Positions 48,676 to 58,955 of a stretch of DNA of 64,000 nt are shown here, in pieces (position 1 is the first letter of the stretch; each line of letters opens with the position of its first letter). The position numbers and the translations under genes are program-made. Origin of the DNA: Setoptus koraiensis (lineage: Eukaryota; Animalia; Arthropoda); NCBI GenBank assembly GCA_048013815.1, contig CM106586.1, positions 14,322,001 through 14,386,000 on the forward strand, written 5' to 3'. A model generated the notes under the pieces. That model did not search any database. It saw only the letters and a list, made by a program, of their open reading frames with translations, and had not been told where the DNA came from.

Positions 48676-51600
48676 ATGAATTTTAGGAAATTTGAAAGAT
48701 CACCATTAGGTGGTAAACCTATTAATAATGTTCATCTCATTAAAAATCGGCGTATCAACAATGGAAATGAAATCAAAAGATACTTCGACCTTATGTCTGA
48801 GGACAAAGCAAGTCGATACAAAATGGAAGAAACGACATGCTCACTACCTGGAACTGTCAAGTCAACATTTCTTATGGTGTTTTCTCCCGATGGCCAACGG
48901 GTAGCTTCAACTCACGGTGATGATCGAATTTATATCTGTGATCTTACGTCTGGCAAATTAGTTGAGACACTCCAAGGCCACCCTAAAACACCATGGTGTC
49001 TGGCGTGGCATCCAGTCAATAAGGAGATCCTCGCAAGTGGTTGCTTGGGTGGGGAAGTACGGGTGTGGGACCTACGTTCGAAGGCTTGTGACACTTGGTC
49101 CAATGATCAAACATACGATATTGCAAGCCTAGCATTTCATCCAACTGATAGAATATTGGTGATTGCAACATCTAACGAATTGCATTTCTGGGATTGGAGT
49201 CAAGCTAAACCGTATGCCACGTCCACAACAACCTTTGACAAAGAGAAGGTCCGATTTGTCCGATTTGACACCAGTGGAACTAAACTAATCACTGGAATTT
49301 CCAATTTACCAAAGATAATCAATCATAATTCAGAAAGTCTACAAACCGGTAGCTATCAAGATCATGTACACGGTGGATCTTACCAGTATAATAACCAGTC
49401 ATCCAGCTCTCACAACTATGCTCGCAGGACACCTAATGATATCGTGCCAACAGAGCAGACAGGCAACACCGTAGCATCCAATTTTGATGAACAATTGCCA
49501 CAAAGGCGGGATACTTCTGTATTATCGAAGCTCACGTCACTTCATCAGCAGTTAGAGAAAATTGAAGAGTCGCCTCGTCACACGTGCACTAAGGGGGCCA
49601 TGAGTAGATTGGATGTTTTAGATATCATGGCGTCATCTAGCCAGTACCAAGCAACTGCTTCACATCATCCATCACCTAAGAAGCCAATGGACATAAAAAG
49701 TGAAATCAATGCCAATCAACCACCGACAACGAGCGAAATTCAATGCGATCACGGCACTCAGACCGCCAACATATTGTTCAATCTCGCTCATCTAAGTAAA
49801 GGAAAATGGAGTTTTCTCAGAGTAACATCCCAAGATGTTAACATGGATCCATTTCGTCGAGAAAATCTCATAAGATTAATACAGCAATCAAATAGTGTTG
49901 ATGCTCTAGCTAAAGTGTTTGAAGGATCACTTCAGCAACTAGCTTCTTCTTGCGCGCCCTTTAATAATGATATGCCAAACACCGATACTCAACCATCTAC
50001 ATCTCATCAAGCACCACCCACCAGCGATAGTAGATCAAGAAGCAAAGACAACCAGCATCCATTGTTTCAACTCGATCCGTGCAAGCGTCGACATGGCAGA
50101 ATACTGGCAAGCTTAAAACTGTATCGTCAAACTGCCTATAGAGTAGCTCTATCGAGTATGAATCCTCTCCAATCGAATCAATCAATCACTTCAACTCCTT
50201 CTGATGAGATCATAACGAATCCGAATGTCATGGCATTCGGAGGTACGACCGGTTCATCAAATATACCGGATAGATTGCGTCAGAGAATACCAGCCGAAAT
50301 ATTGGCCGATGTTCGAGGGCTCTCTAGTGTGGATCCAATACTATCCATACAATTCAGAAACACAATTAGGAATGTTCCACTTTCTTCATCATGTCGTCTC
50401 GATTTACTCTGCGCCAGATTAACATACATTATGCATTCACAAAAATTGTTGGAACAAATGATGGGTATTGGTGGTCATCATTTAACAAATCCAGTAGGCT
50501 CTCACATGGATGACGACGACAATGTGAATGCTAGAAATTCATCAAGTCTATTCTTTCTATTGAATCAACTGTTTAAGACTGTTCAGAATATTAATTACTC
50601 TGATCTAGTAGTGACTTCAGCTAGAGAATTTGTCGAAAAATCAAGACGTAGAATAGATAGGATATTAGAACGCCTTATACGTATTAGCTCGCGTTTTACG
50701 GACGTAGGTCACATAAGACAGCAAATTTACTTCGTCGCTCGTCATCTCACTTCTCGAGATTGTGATAACCCAGCCGCTGAATCAATGGATGACTTGAGAC
50801 TGGACTTAATCCATTGCTTGTGTATTGTAGATCTTACATTACATTTTACGAGGCAGGTCCAGTTCATGCAAGTATGCGAAACATTGCACAGAGGACACAA
50901 TGTTGTAGGCAGCCATACGAGCCGGGACAATGACCCTTCGTCTCTGGATACCTTCTCAATTTCAAACCCCAGTAGACTAAATACTCGTTCAGTAGTTCCA
51001 ACTACCAATTCAGAATCATCCGGGACGGAGGCCACTGAGTCTGATCTATCAGAGGGGAAGAAGAACATTCATTCGAAAAGGAAGTTTGAAAGCGAGTCAG
51101 GCCCCCCATCAAGCGGTAAGAGGAAGCGCAAGACAACCGATGATGATGGACCAAGTAAGGATAACCTGAATGCAAGCACCAAGTCTTCCTCGGAAATAAA
51201 AGCATCTACTAGCTCAGTTTCTACGAGATCCATGACAAAAGCAGCCAGGAAAACTGACGATAAACCAAAATCAAGTAATGAACCTATGTCGCACCATCAG
51301 GATTTAGTCTCAAACACAACACAAACACTGTCTAGATCGTCATCATCTACAGTTGGACATCTTTCGTGTGTGCCGAGTGGTTCAAGGATTGGAATTCAGA
51401 TTTCTAGTCAGCTGCCTGCAGTTGTTCGGTTTGTAAATAATTTTAGCTTGGAACATAGTGCTGAGGATGGAGTAGAGCCATATATCAACCACGGTATCAG
51501 ACCTGTTGGCGCCTATATACCTGGAGGTATGGTTGAGAGACTCAGCTCGTCGGGAACGAGAAATAATTCTCCTCAAAGTGGTGTAGTTCACATCGTCGTG

Positions 51601-52740
51601 GGTCTATTCAACCCGAACAATCAGGCAGGTACGTCGGCCGAACAATCGACCACGGGTCACGTACAACCGAGAGCAATATTAAACAACCAGGCTGGTAGTA
51701 TCCGTTTGATTGATAGATCTGTCCAGGATCTTCAAGAAGAATCCGAATTTATCATCGACAGTGGTTTGGCCGATGTTATGAGGGTATCCAATCCAGGAGA
51801 CATTTTAGCGCCTAGTTACCAGCCGAACTCGAATGTGGCTCTGCAGATCATACAAGCTAGTAGACAGCGACGCTCGATGCCTGATGTCGATAATGTAATC
51901 GTTCGGGATGGTAATATGATAGCAGTTCAAGGTGCCATCATTTACTCACAGCAGCAGCAGCAACAACAACAGCAGCAGCAGCAACAAAATGAGGTAAATA
52001 ACTCATCGCATGGTGGTGCTCGTTTATTAAACAATCCTGTGAGACCAGACTCTAGGCCTTTATCTAGAAGCAATCCATTCGGCAATGGATATCCTATCAA
52101 TACTAGTATGAATCATTGGTGGTGGAATTCGTGGGGGATTGCCATCTCACATCAGACTCATTATAGAATTCAATGCTGGGATTTCAGTCATTCTAAGTTG
52201 CCTGACATAAAAGATTCGTCAGCTAATGTGGTAACTAGCAAAAGTCGCATACACAACGATGCCAGTATAGATATATCCAGTGATGGACAATTACTAGCTT
52301 GTCTGGAACCACAAGCCGATAGTATATGCACGCCTCCGATAGATTTCAAAATATATTCTCTGAATTCGAAAGATTTTGGGACGTGTTACTACCGGTGGTC
52401 TTGTGGACCCAACTCAAGATCTGTCTCCATCTCACCTTTGGGCGGCTATGTCGTTGTAGGTCTGGCATGTCAGAAGTCTTCATTTATTAGTGACATGTCC
52501 GGCGAAACAGTGGTTATCGCTCGCATATTGAAACTCAATGGGCCCAACTCGTTAGAGCACGTGAGAGACATATTCATAACTAGAAACGATTATACGATGG
52601 GTCTTAACCTCATCAAGTGGCTTCCGAGATCAGGACAAGGACTTATTTATGGAACGAATCGTGGCCAGTTAATAATAGCCAGACCTGTGAGTGATCAGCA
52701 GAGCTATGTTGAAGTCAAAAATGTAGACTTTCAACTTTAG
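48676..52740 (+). CDS. AMBRA1: AMBRA1 (split WD40 DCAF autophagy regulator)
   Basis: STFLMVFSPDG...STHG...GHPKTPWCLAWHP...ASGCLGGEVRVWDL, a long disordered middle with polyQ, and C-terminal THYRIQCWDF...IHNDASIDISSDG...YGTNRG. Start uncertain: first in-frame ATG is 48676, but an AG acceptor at 48589 suggests an upstream exon. Confidence 0.93.
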   Translation: MNFRKFERSPLGGKPINNVHLIKNRRINNGNEIKRYFDLMSEDKASRYKMEETTCSLPGTVKSTFLMVFSPDGQRVASTHGDDRIYICDLTSGKLVETLQGHPKTPWCLAWHPVNKEILASGCLGGEVRVWDLRSKACDTWSNDQTYDIASLAFHPTDRILVIATSNELHFWDWSQAKPYATSTTTFDKEKVRFVRFDTSGTKLITGISNLPKIINHNSESLQTGSYQDHVHGGSYQYNNQSSSSHNYARRTPNDIVPTEQTGNTVASNFDEQLPQRRDTSVLSKLTSLHQQLEKIEESPRHTCTKGAMSRLDVLDIMASSSQYQATASHHPSPKKPMDIKSEINANQPPTTSEIQCDHGTQTANILFNLAHLSKGKWSFLRVTSQDVNMDPFRRENLIRLIQQSNSVDALAKVFEGSLQQLASSCAPFNNDMPNTDTQPSTSHQAPPTSDSRSRSKDNQHPLFQLDPCKRRHGRILASLKLYRQTAYRVALSSMNPLQSNQSITSTPSDEIITNPNVMAFGGTTGSSNIPDRLRQRIPAEILADVRGLSSVDPILSIQFRNTIRNVPLSSSCRLDLLCARLTYIMHSQKLLEQMMGIGGHHLTNPVGSHMDDDDNVNARNSSSLFFLLNQLFKTVQNINYSDLVVTSAREFVEKSRRRIDRILERLIRISSRFTDVGHIRQQIYFVARHLTSRDCDNPAAESMDDLRLDLIHCLCIVDLTLHFTRQVQFMQVCETLHRGHNVVGSHTSRDNDPSSLDTFSISNPSRLNTRSVVPTTNSESSGTEATESDLSEGKKNIHSKRKFESESGPPSSGKRKRKTTDDDGPSKDNLNASTKSSSEIKASTSSVSTRSMTKAARKTDDKPKSSNEPMSHHQDLVSNTTQTLSRSSSSTVGHLSCVPSGSRIGIQISSQLPAVVRFVNNFSLEHSAEDGVEPYINHGIRPVGAYIPGGMVERLSSSGTRNNSPQSGVVHIVVGLFNPNNQAGTSAEQSTTGHVQPRAILNNQAGSIRLIDRSVQDLQEESEFIIDSGLADVMRVSNPGDILAPSYQPNSNVALQIIQASRQRRSMPDVDNVIVRDGNMIAVQGAIIYSQQQQQQQQQQQQQNEVNNSSHGGARLLNNPVRPDSRPLSRSNPFGNGYPINTSMNHWWWNSWGIAISHQTHYRIQCWDFSHSKLPDIKDSSANVVTSKSRIHNDASIDISSDGQLLACLEPQADSICTPPIDFKIYSLNSKDFGTCYYRWSCGPNSRSVSISPLGGYVVVGLACQKSSFISDMSGETVVIARILKLNGPNSLEHVRDIFITRNDYTMGLNLIKWLPRSGQGLIYGTNRGQLIIARPVSDQQSYVEVKNVDFQL

Positions 52741-53347
52741 TTACAAAAATAATCTCACTGGAGATCATACACTATTTTGATATCATCGTTGTAGATTATT
52801 ATTTCCATGTTCGCTCACTTGTCCTCTAGTGGAATTTGATGATCTTTTGGTAGACCGTTCGTCAATCCCCGTGACGAGTTTGTTTCGTTATTAATCGCGA
52901 TCATCAAATACAATAGGTCACCACAGAAAAATTTATTATGACAAACTATAAAGGTGACTGGCTATATCTAGACTCCAGTAGTAGGTGCTATAGAGAATTA
53001 ATAATTAAAGGTGTCAATGTCACGAGTCTTAACTGGTTTGTTACAATTTTGCCAACAACACAGGCAATGTGCCCTTATTCACGAAGATTTACACATTTAA
53101 TATTATTATTTTAGTTTAGGCATTCATTAAACTTTTAGATATCACAACATTTGGTCCGATGAGCACTATTTTCTCATTTGAAAATCATATTAGCTACATG
53201 TCAGCCCCATAGAACTCCTAATTTAATATAAACTATCCATATTCATGCTATAGATCATTGTATTTCTTCTTTACTTATTCGATGAGCAACTTTAAAATGG
53301 TGAAACCATCGATGTGTATCCAGACAATTAGATTTATAGTGACTGAT

Positions 53348-53915
53348 TTAGTCGTTATTCGTCCCATATTCATAGTTTCTCCGAGTGGGTTGCACGTCAA
53401 TGGGTTTACATAAGATGACATATTTTCTAAATTTTAAGGAGCTCATAAAAAGTATTAGGGAGCATAGGAAGCAAGCAACAAGTGGCACTAACGGTGTAAG
53501 GATACCATTTTTCAGTTCAATAGAATTGGCTGTGATTCGAATAATGATAATAATAATTAATGAGAGGGCCCAAAAAACTTTTAAGAAAGGAGACTCTGTT
53601 GTAGAGTTATCAATACAACTTACTTTGATGATATTCAAGCCCTAAATAAGTCAATATAACAATAAGACATATAACTGTACTGAATATTGATAGTTTCTTA
53701 ATGCTGTCAATCGATTCAACATCGTACCAATCATCAATTCTATTCGAGGCATACAGCATATATAAATGAACTAATGCTGATGACAGTACAAAATAAATTA
53801 ATATCCATAGGAATGTCTGATAGTTTATGGGGCTCTTGCACATGACCACCTGTACAAGCATAAAAGTTGATGCTCCAACATTGAATATCAAGAAGAGCAA
53901 CTGCAGCCAGCGCAT
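53348..53915 (-). CDS. Heme transporter HRG-1 (SLC48A1)-like 4-TM protein, 2 exons (53915-53624, 53529-53348), about 157 aa
   Basis: Four TM segments; VHLYMLY...IDDWY...LTYLGLEYHQ and a C-terminal FRKY resemble recalled arthropod HRG-1. A 94-nt GTAAGT...CACAG phase-1 intron keeps frame. Confidence 0.55.
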
Positions 53916-56463
53916 TGTGACTATCTCGAAGAAAACGAAAGTTAACGTGATCTAAATTTGAGGTGATCCGATTTCGTATCTACTTATCCGAGTAAATATT
54001 CTGTTAACCATGTAAAATGGAGAGAGTTGAGAAGATTAATGTTAAGACTATTGACTATTACTCTCATTGATGTTGTTTATCCATAATAATAACCATTGTC
54101 AGAACATAGATGTTTTTCATCAGAGTACTTTCAAGAGGGCATTGTTGTGTTATCAGTGAAAAAGTGAGAGTTATCTCGAACTAAATCTAAGAAAATATCT
54201 CCAAGCCGGGCAGCTGATACATGATAAGTACACGATTGGCAACGAGTCTACAACTAATAAAATAAGATGTCTATTGTCTCTTCTTTGTCTGAATTGCTAT
54301 CGTTAAATCATAATCTAGAATATACACAACTTCTGGGACATGTATGTTTCACTATCGTACTTGATAATGATACAAAAATAGTAATACCTCGCTTTTGACG
54401 GGGATGTGTGACACCAGTTTTAGAAATTGAAGGAAAAGTAAAGTATGTTGAAAATACTTCATGCAATTCGAATAGATCCTTCGACCATATATAAAGATGT
54501 ATTTTTTCTGATATTAGAGCGTTTAAAGAGTAACAAGATTTTTTAGAAAAGTTATGATTCATCAGGCGACCTGAATAACGGTGACAATAAATAAAAGCAA
54601 CATTGATATTTTCAAAGACTATATAACAAAAGTCAAACCGAAGCCTATTGCAATCTCGAAATGTAAACAGTGACACATCAACCAAGCGCAAGCGTATAAA
54701 TTCTTACCTTTGGGTATTAATCTTGGAATATTTTTATCTGCATATCATTTTGTTTTCCTCCGGGCGGGTTATCATCTATCTATATACGTGGTACGTCCTT
54801 GTTTACTCTAGTTCTGAGAGGATAACAGTGTACAATCTCGGGATTAGATTGAACAGACTAGCTATTGTAGTTTTATATTGACGGTTTTTTTAGTTGTGGT
54901 CTCAAACAACAAAGGCGATATGGTTGTACCAAGCCTATTCCTATTTCTGTGATCCCACACTCTCATATGACGTTTGAGTTCATTTGTTCATTTGTAACCC
55001 CGGTAGAAGTTGTTATACAGCTCTAAACAGATGTATTTACAAGTCGAGAGGAATTGTATAAGAGTAACAACAAGATCGAGAGAATTTGAATGTAAATACT
55101 AATAATATTTTGTTGTTACCTTTACAAACATGTTAATATCCGAAACTGATATGGTGATCTTTTACTGATTATTGAATAATATTTTCAGTAATAAATAGAT
55201 TGCCGTTGGTAAATAGAAGGTTTCATATGGATGTGAGTAGTCATCATTGATGCCTCATTATCTTGAATAGTATAAAAACAATCTGCTTAAACAATAACAA
55301 TATGGTTCGCTTCGCTACTCTCTGATAGAGAGTCTCTGTAAACATATATTTTATGCTACGCTAGACAACTCCAAATGATGCATTGAATACATATGCGCTC
55401 ACAGGTATGTTAATGTGAACAACAGGACGCGTTAATTTTGCAATATTGGACGTTGCACATTTTCTAATAGTGCCGATAATGCCTTTGCTCTCCAAATTTC
55501 CCTTTGTTTCAACAAAGCGGGAGACTTGTTTGGATTGTGAAAACGAGTCAAACTTAATCATCACATCATGCAATATGCATGATCGGATTCATCCGATTTA
55601 TTGAGAGTGTCAATTCAAGACATCTATTACCGATGTTTTGATGTCGCTCACAATCAAATGGCATCTTCAAGTTGTCGCACCGATTCTCATGTATCGAAGC
55701 GAGGGTGATGACTGATCCGACTGTTGTTTTGATCGACACTCCTGGATACACGGTTGTTTCGTTCAAAAGACGTATGTTTAAGGCGAAGTTGGATAGTTAA
55801 GTTGAACGTATCAAAAGATAAACCCGATTAAAAGAAACACAAAATAAATTAAATAAGGATTGACCCTTGAAGCGTTCAAGTCTCAACTCAGTGGGTAATT
55901 TTCGTCGGGGACATGAGAAGATTAATTACAGGACTTCTTGGTGGCAAGTTTTAGCCATAGGTCCGGAGCGGCCTCTCCGACAAGTTGTCCCAGCACGCGT
56001 ATTTTTGTGCGTTCTAACTCACAGCTGCTCAAGCTGAATCATTTGTGTGAAGGGCAAAAATTTTCAGCTGTATCGTACAGTGGCTCATTTTTCGAAGTTG
56101 CGTAGCTGGTTTCGGCAAAGTACGCGAGGGTTCGCTTCAAGCATTCAGCTTTGTTGCAACTTGCGAGGCATTTGATCGCATTTATACGTAATCCAAACCA
56201 TTGAGTTATGCTCAGGCGTCAGCATTGTCGGACTTAGTGCGTCTTTGCCTCTAGCGGAAATTTCGAGCACTAAGAAGGCGACAGAAAATGAATACTAGTC
56301 AGGCTACTTTCAGACAGCACAAATAGTGGTACATAGACAACAACAATAGACCGAAATTGCGTCTTACAGTCACGAATACTGGGGTTTTATCGGCAAAATT
56401 ATACCATTTAGAAATTTCAAGAGTCTACATCCCTTTATAGAAATATGTTGACCTGAATAAGCA

Positions 56464-57035
56464 ATGGGAAATTGCTTGAAAGGTGTGGGACTTTCAGTCG
56501 ATGATGTAGCTCTTATTCCAGAGGACGGTCCTCAAGGCGACCAGATGGTGCCTGCCTCTACTCATCAAGTAAATATTCCATAAATACAACACTATAAATA
56601 TGTGACAGCATGTGACAACATAGCTCTTGCAAGTATACTGAATGCAAATCATATCTCTCATTTTCGTTTCTGTTGTCACACTATTCACAGGAATCGTCGC
56701 AACATCCTCAGGGCCCCTCATTCATATTCTACCCTACGCTTAGTTTACCCAGACCAGTTAATCAGCTGGCAGAAGAAGAACAAATCAAAATAGCTCAAAG
56801 GATTGGCCTTATACAACATTTACCAACACAAACTTATGATGGAAGCAAAAAAAATAGAGAGTGTGTCATCTGCATGGTTGAGTTTGTTGTTGGTGACGAT
56901 ATCAGGTTTCTTCCATGTATGCACACCTATCACGTTAGATGTATAGACGATTGGTTGATGCGATCTTTTATATGCCCGTCATGCATGGAGCCTGTTGATG
57001 CAGCCTTGTTGTCAACATTCCAAACAGACCACTGA
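56464..57035 (+). CDS. RNF11: RING finger protein 11, 2 exons (56464-56568, 56691-57035), 149 aa
   Basis: MGNCLK myristoylation start, QLAEEEQIKIAQRIGLIQHLP, RING-H2 CVICMVEF...RFLPCMHTYHVRCIDDWLMRSFICPSCMEPVDAALL. Confidence 0.97.
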
Positions 57036-57124
57036 TACAAAATACAGAACTCTTGCCTGCACATTGAAAACCCATCCAGATAGGCCTACGAACATTCAAT
57101 TTTCGATCGAGAAGCTTCGAATCT

Positions 57125-58110
57125 TTGGTAACAGATACTGGAGTATTATGCATCATTTATGCATGGACCACGTCTAGTTTGGCTGTTGCAGTTCCGACCA
57201 CAAAGCCGGTCACTAGAAAAGTGCATGATAGTTTGGGTACTACCGAGCCAACTACTGATGAAGTAGACGATGACTGGAGTGCTACTGTTTCTTGTGAATC
57301 TGAGTATATGCATTATTTCAACATGAAATACTTATATCTACACATTGTTTTAGAAAGCCAAAGAGCAGACCAAGAGGTGACACATGCAATGGCGATTCTG
57401 GTGGATCTGTGTCGTGTTATTCTTGGTAACTTGGCGCTTTGATATTGATGGGGATGACCAGCTCCGGAAGTACAAATCGCGGCGGCATCGATGGCATACT
57501 AGGCGTATTTGTCAATACCACCAATATTTTAGAAGATATTTCTGATAGAAATTGTAACGACCCATTCAGTGACCGAAATAGGATTGGCTCATGGGCACAA
57601 TTGGGACATAATCAATAAAAACCAGCTATTATTTATGGCAGACATCCAACTCTGACTGTCACAGCTCTCTCTAATTGAAACTATACTGCGAATCTCCATG
57701 GTAGACATTTATTGATATGGCTGCTCGGTTTCAATGTAGTTGATGCATGTGAACAAAATCAAGCGAGTTGTCGATGGAGATAGACTTGTTGTGGATTTCG
57801 GTCTACAATTTCGAAGCAACTTGTCTACCTCTGTTTTCAATTGATTTGGATATGCGACGCAATGAGCGACAAAATGACAGTGTGTGATGTTGTGCTTGAG
57901 GTACCCATCACATTCGTTCATGGAAAATACCCGATCCAAGGCATAAAGAAGCGCACAGCCGGGCCACAACAACTGCTCGGAGGCTTAGAATCTCTGTGCT
58001 GCTTCATCTATCTTTGTGTGCGCACGTTACAAGCAAAGTTTACCCTGTACCATATCGAATAATACAATGTGTGCCAAGTTTATTGAGCGCACTCACAACA
58101 AGCAATTTAC
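57125..58110 (+). pseudogene. Decayed trypsin-like (S1) serine protease remnants, probably two tandem copies
   Basis: One frame (57304-57618) reads HEILISTHCFRKPKSRPRGDTCNGDSGGSVSCYSW*LGALILMGMTSSGS...GVFVNTTNILEDI. A second stretch (57761-58078) reads KRVVDG...LCLRYPSHSFMENT...C..Y...TISNNTMCAK with several stops. Confidence 0.6.
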
Positions 58111-58383
58111 TTGAGAGTTGTCAGCGTTTGTGCACACCCTGTACTATTGTGCATAAGCCACCAGTGCCATCGTCGACAGTATCAATATTTTCGTTGATCC
58201 GCTTTGTTGTTGTCATTAGTAAAAAATTGATTATATCTTGTTTCTACATATACATGTGATAGAAACAATTCATAGGAACCCATTTAACAAATTAACTACT
58301 TACTGTTATTATTAATTGCCTAGAAAAACATAAATACTATATTATCATTATATTGCCAAATCATAGACGCTCACAGCGACAAA

Positions 58384-58455
58384 ATGACCAATCTAACCGA
58401 CGATATGGAACAATTTTCGCTAGATCCCGATGAGGACGCTCCACCTAGCTCGGCC
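58384..58455 (+). CDS. UCKL1: Probable N-terminal fragment of UCKL1, truncated by the gap
   Basis: CAAAATG start; MTNLTDDMEQFSLDPDEDAPPSSA resembles the recalled PSSASS-containing N-terminus of arthropod UCKL1; same strand as the UCKL1 C-terminal part after the gap. Confidence 0.5.
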
Positions 58456-58955
58456 NNNNNNNNNNNNNNNNNNNNNNNNNNNNNNNNNNNNNNNNNNNNN
58501 NNNNNNNNNNNNNNNNNNNNNNNNNNNNNNNNNNNNNNNNNNNNNNNNNNNNNNNNNNNNNNNNNNNNNNNNNNNNNNNNNNNNNNNNNNNNNNNNNNNN
58601 NNNNNNNNNNNNNNNNNNNNNNNNNNNNNNNNNNNNNNNNNNNNNNNNNNNNNNNNNNNNNNNNNNNNNNNNNNNNNNNNNNNNNNNNNNNNNNNNNNNN
58701 NNNNNNNNNNNNNNNNNNNNNNNNNNNNNNNNNNNNNNNNNNNNNNNNNNNNNNNNNNNNNNNNNNNNNNNNNNNNNNNNNNNNNNNNNNNNNNNNNNNN
58801 NNNNNNNNNNNNNNNNNNNNNNNNNNNNNNNNNNNNNNNNNNNNNNNNNNNNNNNNNNNNNNNNNNNNNNNNNNNNNNNNNNNNNNNNNNNNNNNNNNNN
58901 NNNNNNNNNNNNNNNNNNNNNNNNNNNNNNNNNNNNNNNNNNNNNNNNNNNNNNN
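58456..58955. other. Assembly gap (about 500 N)
   Basis: Run of N; a round length suggests a scaffolding placeholder. Confidence 0.97.

Noticed and set aside
53596-53623. Apparent 28-nt intron (GTAAGT...CAACAG) that keeps frame in the HRG-1-like gene
   Set aside because: A 94-nt intron to the AG at 53530 also keeps frame, has a normal size, and gives the 4-TM HRG-1-like length. The short one would add an extra TM segment.
56464-56720. RNF11 lacks the vertebrate PPxY motif
   Set aside because: As I recall, the insect orthologue also lacks it, so it is not unusual.
57150-57300. Minus-strand frame TPVIVYFISSWLGSTQ resembling the COX18/OXA1 last TM
   Set aside because: No upstream coding on that strand; the plus strand explains the region better (protease remnant).
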